A stretch of 60,872 bases of DNA, the filler included. It is 8 parts of 8 records of this genome, joined end to end, with 100 filler letters (N's around TTAATTAATTAA, not from the genome) between each part and the next. Parts side by side here need not be neighbours in the genome. Positions count along the whole stretch, not along the records: positions 1 to 10,402 come from SRR31156797_38724; 7 more parts are not named here. One strand, given 5' to 3'. Below the pieces are notes generated by a model. That model worked only from the letters and a program-made list of their open reading frames with translations, made no database searches and was not told the origin of the DNA. Positions within the stretch are counted from its first letter, which is position 1; the number at the start of each line of letters is the position of its first letter. The translations under genes and the position numbers were made by a program. Below, piece after piece: positions 1-8,835 of the stretch.

Positions 1-77
1 AGACTTTTTAATGCATATTCCGGGTTTAACTAATAAAATATAACAAGAATGGGGTGATAGGCAAAAACTAGAACTAT

Positions 78-515
78 ATGAAAAATATATGGTGCACACT
101 TTTTATGGTTTGTATTTGCATCCCTTTATGGACACAAACACATATACCTGATTCTAAAACTATTATTGGTATTTGGAAACAAAGTGCAGTAATGAGTCTG
201 AATGGAAATATGGTGGAAGTAAAATCAGGGAATTACAAAATATACAATGCCGATAGTACTTACTACACAATCGTTACCAAATCATCAGGAAAAAATAATG
301 GCATTGGTCAATATGGTACTTATCAGATTAATTCTTCATCCATATTAACAGAGCACATTCTCAAACATGGGTTTAATTCTGATTTGGATGGAACGGATCT
401 GGTTGTGCAATATAAATTAATTAAAGAAAATACCCTGTTCTTAAAATGGCAGCAAAACGAAAGGTGGTTTATTGAAAAGTGGATACGAATGCCCGTATTG
501 CTGAATGGGAAATGA
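78..515 (+). CDS. Secreted DUF4488-like protein (Bacteroidota)
   Basis: N-terminal signal-like stretch; GIWKQ...GNYKIYNAD...GTY...TEHI...EKWIR pattern recalled from DUF4488 proteins. Confidence 0.55.
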   Translation: MKNIWCTLFMVCICIPLWTQTHIPDSKTIIGIWKQSAVMSLNGNMVEVKSGNYKIYNADSTYYTIVTKSSGKNNGIGQYGTYQINSSSILTEHILKHGFNSDLDGTDLVVQYKLIKENTLFLKWQQNERWFIEKWIRMPVLLNGK

Positions 516-685
516 ATCATCATTTATGCCATTGAAGATAACTGTCTGACTTCTTAAAAATCCATATTTTATATAAGGATTAAATACTGAAGCATATTTC
601 AACGCTCTTTATCCATGAGATTGAATGTTTAATCACAAATAATTCTACCGCTACTTAAGTACTTGTGTAAAAGCGTAGGAAATAA

Positions 686-693
686 TAACTTTG
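686..693 (+). promoter_or_regulatory. Bacteroidota -7 promoter element (TAACTTTG)
   Basis: Exact match to the TAnnTTTG consensus, 52 nt upstream of the ATG at 746. Confidence 0.55.
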
Positions 694-745
694 TCTGCAT
701 TTCTGTGATGTATACTCATCAGTTTTAATTATTATTCTTTTATCT

Positions 746-1837
746 ATGAACAAGATTTTATTAGTGTTGTGCTTAACCCTAATGGTCTGTGCTATATCTT
801 GTAGCAAGGAAGAAGGGGTAGGTGGAGATTCAGGAAAACAAAGCTTTCTTGATGTTTCATTATCCACAATAAACTATGCTGCCGAAAAGGATGCCAGTTT
901 AGTAGAAGTTAGTACCGATGGCGATTGGCAAGCGGCTTGCGATGCCGACTGGATTACCTTATCTGCCAAAGAAGGAGAGGAGTCTACTGCCTTTCTTATT
1001 GCCGTATCCAGCAACCTTAAATTTGCCAGAGAGGCAGTTGTAACCATTACTGCAGGTAAAAAAAGTAAAGAGATCAAGATTACGCAATCGGGGGTTTCGG
1101 TTATCGAATTTGAGATTAATGGTGTTGATTTTAAGTTTCTACCCGTTGAAGCTGATACATCTTTCTGGTTAGATGGAATGACTTATCTGGCAACACGAAC
1201 AGTTTACCTTGATAGTTATTTTATTTCAGAAACAGAAATTACCAATGAGCAGTGGAGAGCTGTAATGGGAAGTTTGCCATACGAAAATGAAAATAGCTTT
1301 CCGAAACTTCCTGTTGTGATAAATTGGAATAATATCACCAATGAGTTTCTTACCAAAATAAATACGCTCAACGATTATAACTTCCGATTACCTACAGAAA
1401 ACGAATGGGAAGTAGCAGCTAAAGGAGGTTTGAAAAGCGAGAATACAAGTTATCCGGGAAGTATTTATATTGATGAGGTGGCTTGGTATTGGGATAATGC
1501 TTATGGGCAAAGGCATAATGTAGCTACTAAAATTCCAAATGAATTAGCATTGTATGATATGGCTGGAAATGTGAGCGAATGGTGCAGTGATTGGTATCAG
1601 GAATGGACAGATGATAATCTTCCTCCATCTGAATCAACTAATCCTACAGGACCGGAAAGTGGCACGGAGAAGGTAATTAGAGGAGGTGATTTTAGAGCTA
1701 ACCAGTTTGAATACGATAGAAACAATTGTAACCCAAGCGCCCGCGATTTTCTTCCGCCGGATATTGCAACCGAAGACTTTCTGTATGATGGATTTTATCA
1801 TTATACAGGTTTCAGATTAGTAATTCCTAAAAACTAA
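746..1837 (+). CDS. Lipoprotein with BACON domain and C-terminal FGE-sulfatase (SUMF1/EgtB/PvdO, CLec-fold) domain
   Basis: Lipobox AISC; BACON-like DWITLS...REAVVTITAG...IKITQ; FGE motifs TEITNEQW, RLPTENEWEVAAKGG, LYDMAGNVSEWC, VIRGG, GFRLV. Confidence 0.9.
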   Translation: MNKILLVLCLTLMVCAISCSKEEGVGGDSGKQSFLDVSLSTINYAAEKDASLVEVSTDGDWQAACDADWITLSAKEGEESTAFLIAVSSNLKFAREAVVTITAGKKSKEIKITQSGVSVIEFEINGVDFKFLPVEADTSFWLDGMTYLATRTVYLDSYFISETEITNEQWRAVMGSLPYENENSFPKLPVVINWNNITNEFLTKINTLNDYNFRLPTENEWEVAAKGGLKSENTSYPGSIYIDEVAWYWDNAYGQRHNVATKIPNELALYDMAGNVSEWCSDWYQEWTDDNLPPSESTNPTGPESGTEKVIRGGDFRANQFEYDRNNCNPSARDFLPPDIATEDFLYDGFYHYTGFRLVIPKN

Positions 1838-1840
1838 ATT

Positions 1841-2440
1841 ATGAGAACGATATATACTTTTTTGCTATTGCTGGTAGTAACAAGTGGTAGTTTATTTTCG
1901 CAAACGGTAGTTACAATGGATATGCCCGAGCAAGCAGACAAAAAACTGCAGGTGGTTGCTCTTTTCGACGAGGAAATACCGGAAGGTGTTCCGGTTGTAT
2001 TGGGTTTAATGGGTTATGATATTAAAGGAGGTCTGGAACCTATTTCATACAGTTGGTTATTAAATGGAGAAATCATATCTACCAACGATATTGTTATTTT
2101 TACACCTTCCAAAGGTGATGATTTGGCTTTAAGTGTTACTGATAAAAATAAGTGCACATCTACCACAAGTTTCAACCTTAAGTTTGCCCGGATCGATAAG
2201 AAATCAACAACAGAAATTTCTGTATATCCTACTTTGGTTAATGATTTTGTACATATCGATTATCCAACTCAGGAGGAAAATACAGCCTTGGTTCGTATTT
2301 TTAATTCAAGCGGAAAAATAGTGTTGCAAAATACACTCAGTGAATGTAGTGATTTGAATATCAGCCTCACACCGGGAGTTTACTTTATTTCGGTGCGTGT
2401 TGGAGTTCAACATAAGGTAGAAAAAATAATTGTTCAATAA
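1841..2440 (+). CDS. Small secreted protein with T9SS type A C-terminal sorting domain
   Basis: Signal peptide; PKD/Ig-like YSWLLNG...VTDKNKC; CTD ISVYPTLVND...PGVYFISV...KIIVQ. Confidence 0.85.
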   Translation: MRTIYTFLLLLVVTSGSLFSQTVVTMDMPEQADKKLQVVALFDEEIPEGVPVVLGLMGYDIKGGLEPISYSWLLNGEIISTNDIVIFTPSKGDDLALSVTDKNKCTSTTSFNLKFARIDKKSTTEISVYPTLVNDFVHIDYPTQEENTALVRIFNSSGKIVLQNTLSECSDLNISLTPGVYFISVRVGVQHKVEKIIVQ

Positions 2441-2450
2441 ACGATAAGTC

Positions 2451-5400
2451 ATGCAATATATATATAGCGTTATAAAACGTATTTCAATCCTTTCTGTTTT
2501 GTTCGTATTCTTCATCCATACATTTGCACAGGAGAATACACCGGCACAGGATTACGCACAACAATTTTTTCAGGCTCGTCAGCAAAGCAGTTTAAAAAGT
2601 GCTTCACAAGCCATACAATTAAAACAAGTCTATCAATCTTCGGAAAAGGCAAAAACACCGTTGTATATTTTTGATAAATCAGACAAAGGATTTGCTATTG
2701 TTGCTCAAAATCAAAATAGCTACAACGTAGTTGCTTATTCAGATGACAATAGTTTTGCTGCGGATACCATACCGCCTCAGCTAATGGCTTTGCTTAACTA
2801 TTACGAGGATTCATTACAGTTTTCTCAACTTAAATCTGTAGTAAAAACGGTTGGTACACCTGTTGTAGCTCCTTTGTTAGATGAGCATAATATTGCCCTT
2901 AACCAATATGATCATCCTGAAGTAGGAGATGGAAAAACAGGTTGTGTAGCAACAGCTCTCGCACAAGTAATTAAATTTCATGCTGCAGAAAATTCGACAC
3001 TTATCGAAGGAAAAGGTTCTTTTTGTTACAACTATGAACCTTTTGGCGAGTTATGTGCCAACTTTGAAAATGCCGACTATACTTCTGACGAATTATTGTC
3101 GTATCACGTTGCTATTGCTATGAAAATGAGATTTACCCCTTCGGGCAGTAGTCCAGCTGATTATAGTGGATTAGCCAATGTAGCTGAACACTTTGACTAT
3201 TACCTTCAAGGTGGTCCCAATGAAAGTTTTTATCTAAAAAATGAGTTGGAACATAGAAGGCCTTTCTTTGCCGCGATTTATGGTGAACCAGATGGACATG
3301 CAGTGGTGGTAGATGGATACGATGATCAAGACTATTACCATTTAAACTTTGGCTGGGGAGGGCATTTTAATGGTTATTTTGTAAATGCTGATTATGTTTT
3401 TAGTACAAATTCTCAAAATAAATTTAATTCAAGCTTCAACAAAGTTTTATGTATGTCACCTACTCCGCTAATTGCAAATGAGCAAGATTCTTTAGCCTTG
3501 CTGGCAATTCATCATGCATTGGGGGGATACGAAGCAACCCATTGGGATATTTCGAAGCCTGTATGTTACTGGCCAGGCGTGCTATTGTTTAACGAAAGGG
3601 TAATTCGTTTAGATATAGAGTTGTATTCAGCTGCATTAACTGAGCAAAGTATTGCAGATGAAATAGGTGACCTACCGGAATTGCAAACCTTGACTATTTT
3701 TGGTCCTATAAATGGCGTAATTCCTGCTACTATAACCAATTTGAGTAATCTAGAAGTTTTAAGAATTCATAATGAGCAAATTTATCTTGATCAAAACAAT
3801 TATAAGGGAAATTTATCTTCATCTATACCAAGCGATATTAATAAACTAACCAAGCTTACAACGCTTTCTATTCGAAATGGATTGGAAGGTACCATACCAA
3901 ATTTATTAGGGCAGTTAAGTAATCTGAACTACATTAATTTTTATCAGGATACCACATATTTTGGGAAAGGCAAATTGACAGGTTCAATACCTGATAGTTT
4001 TAAAGATCTAAGCCAGTTAAGGAGTTTAACTATTGTCAATAATCAGTTAACAGGAAGCATACCGGCTACAATGACTGAAATGTCTGAGTTAACCGTGGTA
4101 GATTTGTCATCCAATCAATTGTCTGGTAATATTCCTGCCTTAGCAATGCCTAAACTAAGCATATTAAACCTGAGTGATAATCAATTTTCGGGTTTAAGTG
4201 ATGAAAACTGGACTTGTCCCGAATTAAAGGATCTTAACTTAAGCAATAATAATATTTCTGGTGATTTCCCTACAAGTATTAATAGTCTTTCATCTTTGGA
4301 GCATTTAAATGTTTCCTATAATCAAATTAGTTCACTACCGGAAACCATAAGTAGTTTAAAAGCTTTAAAAAATTTAGTGTTAGCTGATAACCAGTTAACA
4401 GAACTACCTAAAACAATTGGAGAATTAAGTATGCTGGAAGAGATTAATGTGGATAACAATCAATTAAAAGCTTTACCGGATGGCTTGGCTTTACCAGTTT
4501 ATCTTGAATCATTATCAGCTGCCAATAATCAAATTGCCTATGTGCCTGATAATCTTGGTCAGGTGCAAAGTCTGCAATCCTTACTGCTTGGTTATAATCA
4601 TATTCAATCCATACCTAGTGATTTGGGGAATTGCGCTGATTTGGTAACACTAGAGCTCAATGATAATCAAATTGATAGTATTCCGGCTTCATTCGAAAAT
4701 ATGCAGGAAAATACGATTGTATTATTGCAGAATAACCAAATACAAGGCGCTATTCCTGAAGCATTGATGAAGAATACCTACCATTTACGATTGGATAATA
4801 ACCGTTTTCGATACAATGATATTCCGGATTCCGAAGAATTACATCATGGATTAAGCGAGCAAAAGACTGTGGCACTTGAAAATCCAAAGGTAAAAGTGCA
4901 AATGGGAGATACTGTTAAAATTGATATTCGTACTATGGGAAAATTTACGCATCCCGACAATGAATATTACTGGCTTTACTATCCCGAATTTTTACCACGA
5001 ACTACAAAACCTGATGAATTTGAATCGTTGGAAAGCAATCCTGTTTTAGAGGTAGTTATCAACGAAGAAACCATCAATAATACATACTACTGTAAGGTGT
5101 TTAACCCTGCATCTCCTGATTATACTTTTCAATATGACGGCTCAATGCATGAAGCTCCGTGTTTATATCATTTAAATACCGACACACTTTCATTTGTTAT
5201 TGCCACAGATGAGGAAATTATTGCCGACGAATATCCGGAAGATTTTGTGACCTCCTTGGCCAACACCAATGATTATTCAATAAGCGATGGTAAAGTTACT
5301 TTGGTACCACCTTTAAAAATAAAACGAGGTACATTACTTTGGGAAGCATCTGAAGATGGTGAAACATGGGAAGGGGTTAGAGATCAAATGAGCAATCAGG

Positions 5401-7946
5401 TATTACAAAGTAATATTGAAAGCGTAGCCACAGATAAATTGGTGCTGAAACCTTTAGTGGATGCATATTATCGTTGTGGTATTGTTGAAAATGATTGTGA
5501 GACTTTATATAGTGAGGGTATTCTGGTAAAAAGCCCAGGGAATATATTATTTGATGAAGTTATTAATGTGGTTGAGGCACCACAAACCATTAGTGTGGAT
5601 AGTATAGAAGTAGTGGTTCCTCAATATTTTTATGATGAAGATTTCAGGTTAACCATTACCAAATTGGATAATGCTCCTGCGGCACCAGATACAGTAAAAG
5701 CAGGAAGTGCTTACGATATTAAGGTGAGTTTTGGAGATACCTTTGAACAGCCTTTGCTTATTAAACTAAAGAATATTAATAAATCGCTGATAAACGAAAC
5801 GAACATCAACCAGTTTGATGCAGTGTATTTCGATGATCATGCCAGAGAATGGAAATTATTTGAAGATGCGGATATTAGTTTGGTAGATAGTTCTTTGGTA
5901 TTTGTAACGCATCATTTAACAAAAGTACAATGGTGGAGTTATACCGATGAATACCGAATGGGCTTTACCGATGTGTATGAACGTAATAATATCAGGGTTT
6001 TTTATAAAGATAAGGATAGTAACTATCTGAAATTGATTTATGGCAGAGAGCAAACACCGCAATCCTGGCATGTGGCTGATGTTCCATTGATGGTTCAGGA
6101 TATTACAGAATATCTTTCAGAAGTGATGACTAAATATAAGGCTCTGGGTCTATCTGTTCCTGACGAGAAATTTAAAGTTTATGTGGAAGATTTAGGTGGC
6201 GATGATGGTGTTGTTGGTGTTTTAGGAATGATAAAAGGTTATCTGTCATTGAGTACAATACTATCCAACCCATTGGAATTACGTCAGGCATGTGCTCATG
6301 AGTATATGCACTATATTCAGGATAATTATATTTCGGCTCACGGAGGAAACTTATTTTGGATGGAAGCACATGCTACTTTATCCGACAGGATAGTTTGGGA
6401 TGACACCGTAATTCCGTTTTGTGAGTCGGAACAGTTTTTAGAGGAGGGACGAACAGGTAAAAACTATGCCTTTAACTCCTTGGCCAATTCCTGGGATCAT
6501 TGGGATATGAGCGTGCTAACCAACAATATATTTGGCGATAGACAGTATTATTATCAGGCAGGTACGTTTTTACATTATATGCGTAGTTATCGAGAAGGAA
6601 CGGCTAAGCTTGAACCTGCTGCACTGCTTAAAGAAACGCCCTGGTTACAAAGCTGGCGAACTTATTTGGCTAGTTTTGTTAGTTCCCACCTGAATTCAAG
6701 TCTGGGAGATGAGTATGAAGAATATGTGAAATATATTTTTTCCGGTAAGAACGAATTTTTTACCATGATTCATAAAGATGGTAATCCTTACACTTTTATA
6801 AAATCATATGGTAACAGAGGAAAATTTACCCATCCGGTAACTTATCGTTTTAAAGAAGGGGATGAAATGACCCAAACGGACGAGATGAATATCAAAGTGC
6901 CGTACCTGGCTTCAAAAATGGTGTTACTGGAGAATGCCAATCCAGATACAATGGTGATGGTAAAATATACTAGAAAGCACGATTATGATATCGATCACAA
7001 AGTGTATTATGGCACCTACGATGTTTTAAACAAGGAGTTGTCTTATGTAGATATTACAGACTCTACAGAGTTTAGCTTCCTGTTAGAAGCCAGAACCCGG
7101 GAAAATGCCAAAACAGAATTTAAAAATTACAGTTTTCTGCTTTTGGTGAACAAAGAATACATTGGAACCAGCAGTTTAATCAAAGATTTTAATGCTTCGT
7201 TTGACCTAACTGCTATGCCGGTGCTGGATATTGAAAGTATAGGCGCCCTTCACTTACAGACAAATGAAAATGGTAATTGGATCAAACATGCTTTTTCAAC
7301 AGAATCCGATTATATTAATTTGGGAACACCTATACCCAGTTATCTTGCATTTGCTACAGAATACGATGTGCGGATGGAAAACAAAACCACAAGTAGGCAA
7401 ATTGTAAACGATCATACTTATCAGATAAAAACGCTGTTTACAATAATTATGGATGAAGGAAAAATAGATGGCAAGATAACCTTTGTAGATAGTATTGTTT
7501 ATACGCAAACCATAGAACACGATGTGTTGAATGGTATTTTAAAACTGACAGAACGGGAACAAAAAATACGAAAACTGCATCAATTTAATGAATTTGTTAG
7601 TGGAGGTGATAGAGGAATTGTTTTGCAGAAGGTTTTTGATAAGCATATCAATACAGTTGGAGATAAAACAGAAACATTTTGGATAAAAGACTTTATGAAT
7701 TATGTTAGGCCGGTAGCTGAAGCAGAGAGTTTAAACGAAGTATACGGTAAAAACCTAATGCTCTTTAAAACGAATAATACTATGGAAACGGAAGAGGTAA
7801 TTACAAAAATAGATGCGCGTATAAGTGAAACCAAATATGATCAGGATGGGCAAGTGAGCTCTAGTATAAATAATAACTATGTAAGTACCGATTTTTCTAA
7901 TTCGAATATAGAGCTCTATTTTATCATAAAACTAAGAGAAAAGTAA
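2451..7946 (+). CDS. 1831-aa secreted multidomain protein: I69-like prodomain, C10 (SpeB-like) cysteine peptidase, LRR array, ZU5-like region, HEXXH metallopeptidase-like domain
   Basis: TGCVATALAQ (C165), GHAVVVDGY (H283), HLNFGWGG; many LxxLxLxxNxL repeats; VTHHLT; AHEYMHYIQ (1283-1287) with downstream WMEAHA. Confidence 0.85.
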   Translation: MQYIYSVIKRISILSVLFVFFIHTFAQENTPAQDYAQQFFQARQQSSLKSASQAIQLKQVYQSSEKAKTPLYIFDKSDKGFAIVAQNQNSYNVVAYSDDNSFAADTIPPQLMALLNYYEDSLQFSQLKSVVKTVGTPVVAPLLDEHNIALNQYDHPEVGDGKTGCVATALAQVIKFHAAENSTLIEGKGSFCYNYEPFGELCANFENADYTSDELLSYHVAIAMKMRFTPSGSSPADYSGLANVAEHFDYYLQGGPNESFYLKNELEHRRPFFAAIYGEPDGHAVVVDGYDDQDYYHLNFGWGGHFNGYFVNADYVFSTNSQNKFNSSFNKVLCMSPTPLIANEQDSLALLAIHHALGGYEATHWDISKPVCYWPGVLLFNERVIRLDIELYSAALTEQSIADEIGDLPELQTLTIFGPINGVIPATITNLSNLEVLRIHNEQIYLDQNNYKGNLSSSIPSDINKLTKLTTLSIRNGLEGTIPNLLGQLSNLNYINFYQDTTYFGKGKLTGSIPDSFKDLSQLRSLTIVNNQLTGSIPATMTEMSELTVVDLSSNQLSGNIPALAMPKLSILNLSDNQFSGLSDENWTCPELKDLNLSNNNISGDFPTSINSLSSLEHLNVSYNQISSLPETISSLKALKNLVLADNQLTELPKTIGELSMLEEINVDNNQLKALPDGLALPVYLESLSAANNQIAYVPDNLGQVQSLQSLLLGYNHIQSIPSDLGNCADLVTLELNDNQIDSIPASFENMQENTIVLLQNNQIQGAIPEALMKNTYHLRLDNNRFRYNDIPDSEELHHGLSEQKTVALENPKVKVQMGDTVKIDIRTMGKFTHPDNEYYWLYYPEFLPRTTKPDEFESLESNPVLEVVINEETINNTYYCKVFNPASPDYTFQYDGSMHEAPCLYHLNTDTLSFVIATDEEIIADEYPEDFVTSLANTNDYSISDGKVTLVPPLKIKRGTLLWEASEDGETWEGVRDQMSNQVLQSNIESVATDKLVLKPLVDAYYRCGIVENDCETLYSEGILVKSPGNILFDEVINVVEAPQTISVDSIEVVVPQYFYDEDFRLTITKLDNAPAAPDTVKAGSAYDIKVSFGDTFEQPLLIKLKNINKSLINETNINQFDAVYFDDHAREWKLFEDADISLVDSSLVFVTHHLTKVQWWSYTDEYRMGFTDVYERNNIRVFYKDKDSNYLKLIYGREQTPQSWHVADVPLMVQDITEYLSEVMTKYKALGLSVPDEKFKVYVEDLGGDDGVVGVLGMIKGYLSLSTILSNPLELRQACAHEYMHYIQDNYISAHGGNLFWMEAHATLSDRIVWDDTVIPFCESEQFLEEGRTGKNYAFNSLANSWDHWDMSVLTNNIFGDRQYYYQAGTFLHYMRSYREGTAKLEPAALLKETPWLQSWRTYLASFVSSHLNSSLGDEYEEYVKYIFSGKNEFFTMIHKDGNPYTFIKSYGNRGKFTHPVTYRFKEGDEMTQTDEMNIKVPYLASKMVLLENANPDTMVMVKYTRKHDYDIDHKVYYGTYDVLNKELSYVDITDSTEFSFLLEARTRENAKTEFKNYSFLLLVNKEYIGTSSLIKDFNASFDLTAMPVLDIESIGALHLQTNENGNWIKHAFSTESDYINLGTPIPSYLAFATEYDVRMENKTTSRQIVNDHTYQIKTLFTIIMDEGKIDGKITFVDSIVYTQTIEHDVLNGILKLTEREQKIRKLHQFNEFVSGGDRGIVLQKVFDKHINTVGDKTETFWIKDFMNYVRPVAEAESLNEVYGKNLMLFKTNNTMETEEVITKIDARISETKYDQDGQVSSSINNNYVSTDFSNSNIELYFIIKLREK

Positions 7947-7972
7947 TCTACAATTGATTGTAGATTGAATAT

Positions 7973-7998
7973 AAGCCGGGGTGAGAACTCCGGCTTTT
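7973..7998 (+). terminator. Rho-independent terminator
   Basis: AAGCCGGGGT-GAGA-ACTCCGGCTT hairpin with GNRA loop and T-run, just after the 1831-aa gene. Confidence 0.8.
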
Positions 7999-8017
7999 GT
8001 TATTAATAATTCTAAGC

Positions 8018-8055
8018 ATCACAGCATTTTTACAAGGCTGTGATATTTCTGTGAT
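8018..8055 (+). promoter_or_regulatory. Candidate OmpR-family regulator binding site
   Basis: CTGTGAT direct repeat with 11-bp period (8038-8055) plus an inverted copy ATCACAGC (8018-8025), upstream of the response regulator. Confidence 0.55.
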
Positions 8056-8133
8056 CTTTTTTATCTACTTTCATGTTTTATAGAAGTTGTTCAGATAGTT
8101 GGGGTATGTATATGTCTGTTTTAATGAAAGAAT

Positions 8134-8835
8134 ATGGAAAAAATATTGATAGTAGAAGATGACAAAAATATATCTGATTTACTAAGTATTCACCTTCATG
8201 ATTTAGGTTTTGAAGCAGATTGTGTTTACGATGGTAAGGAGGGATTGGTAAAGGCTTTAAATAATGTCTACAAACTTATGGTGCTGGATATTAGATTGCC
8301 AGGAATGGATGGTTTTGAGATTTGTAAAAGAATTCGTCAGGAACACAATCTAATGCCCATTATCATGCTTACTTCTAAGTCAGAAGAGATTGATAAAGTA
8401 TTAGGATTGGAGATAGGAGCGGATGATTATATGACAAAACCATTTAGTATAAGAGAGTTTGTGGCACGTGTAAAAACGATCTTACGCAGAAGCGAGATGA
8501 ATCATCAAATTTCAACATCAGATAAAGAAGAGGAATTATCCTACGATCACTTTTATATCAATATTAGCAAGCGTATTGTAAAAGTGTATGATAATCAACT
8601 GGAGCTTTCTCCAAAGGAATTTGATTTATTGGTTTTTCTGGCATCACATCCGGGCAAAACCTTTACACGAATGCAATTGTTGAGTAGCGTTTGGGGCGTT
8701 GAGTTCGAAGGATTTGAGCATACCGTTAATTCTCATATCAATCGCTTAAGAAGTAAGGTGGAAAAGAATATGAATGAGCCGGAGTTTATTTTAACAACAT
8801 GGGGCGTTGGTTACAAATTTAAAGATGATGTATAA
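8134..8835 (+). CDS. OmpR/PhoB-family response regulator
   Basis: Receiver VEDD...LDIRLPGMDG...GADDYMTKPF; winged helix NSHINRLRSK...TTWGVGY. Confidence 0.95.
   Translation: MEKILIVEDDKNISDLLSIHLHDLGFEADCVYDGKEGLVKALNNVYKLMVLDIRLPGMDGFEICKRIRQEHNLMPIIMLTSKSEEIDKVLGLEIGADDYMTKPFSIREFVARVKTILRRSEMNHQISTSDKEEELSYDHFYINISKRIVKVYDNQLELSPKEFDLLVFLASHPGKTFTRMQLLSSVWGVEFEGFEHTVNSHINRLRSKVEKNMNEPEFILTTWGVGYKFKDDV

Noticed and set aside
7947-7965. TCTAC...GTAGAT resembling a Cas12a repeat stem
   Set aside because: Single copy, wrong loop length, no spacers or cas genes
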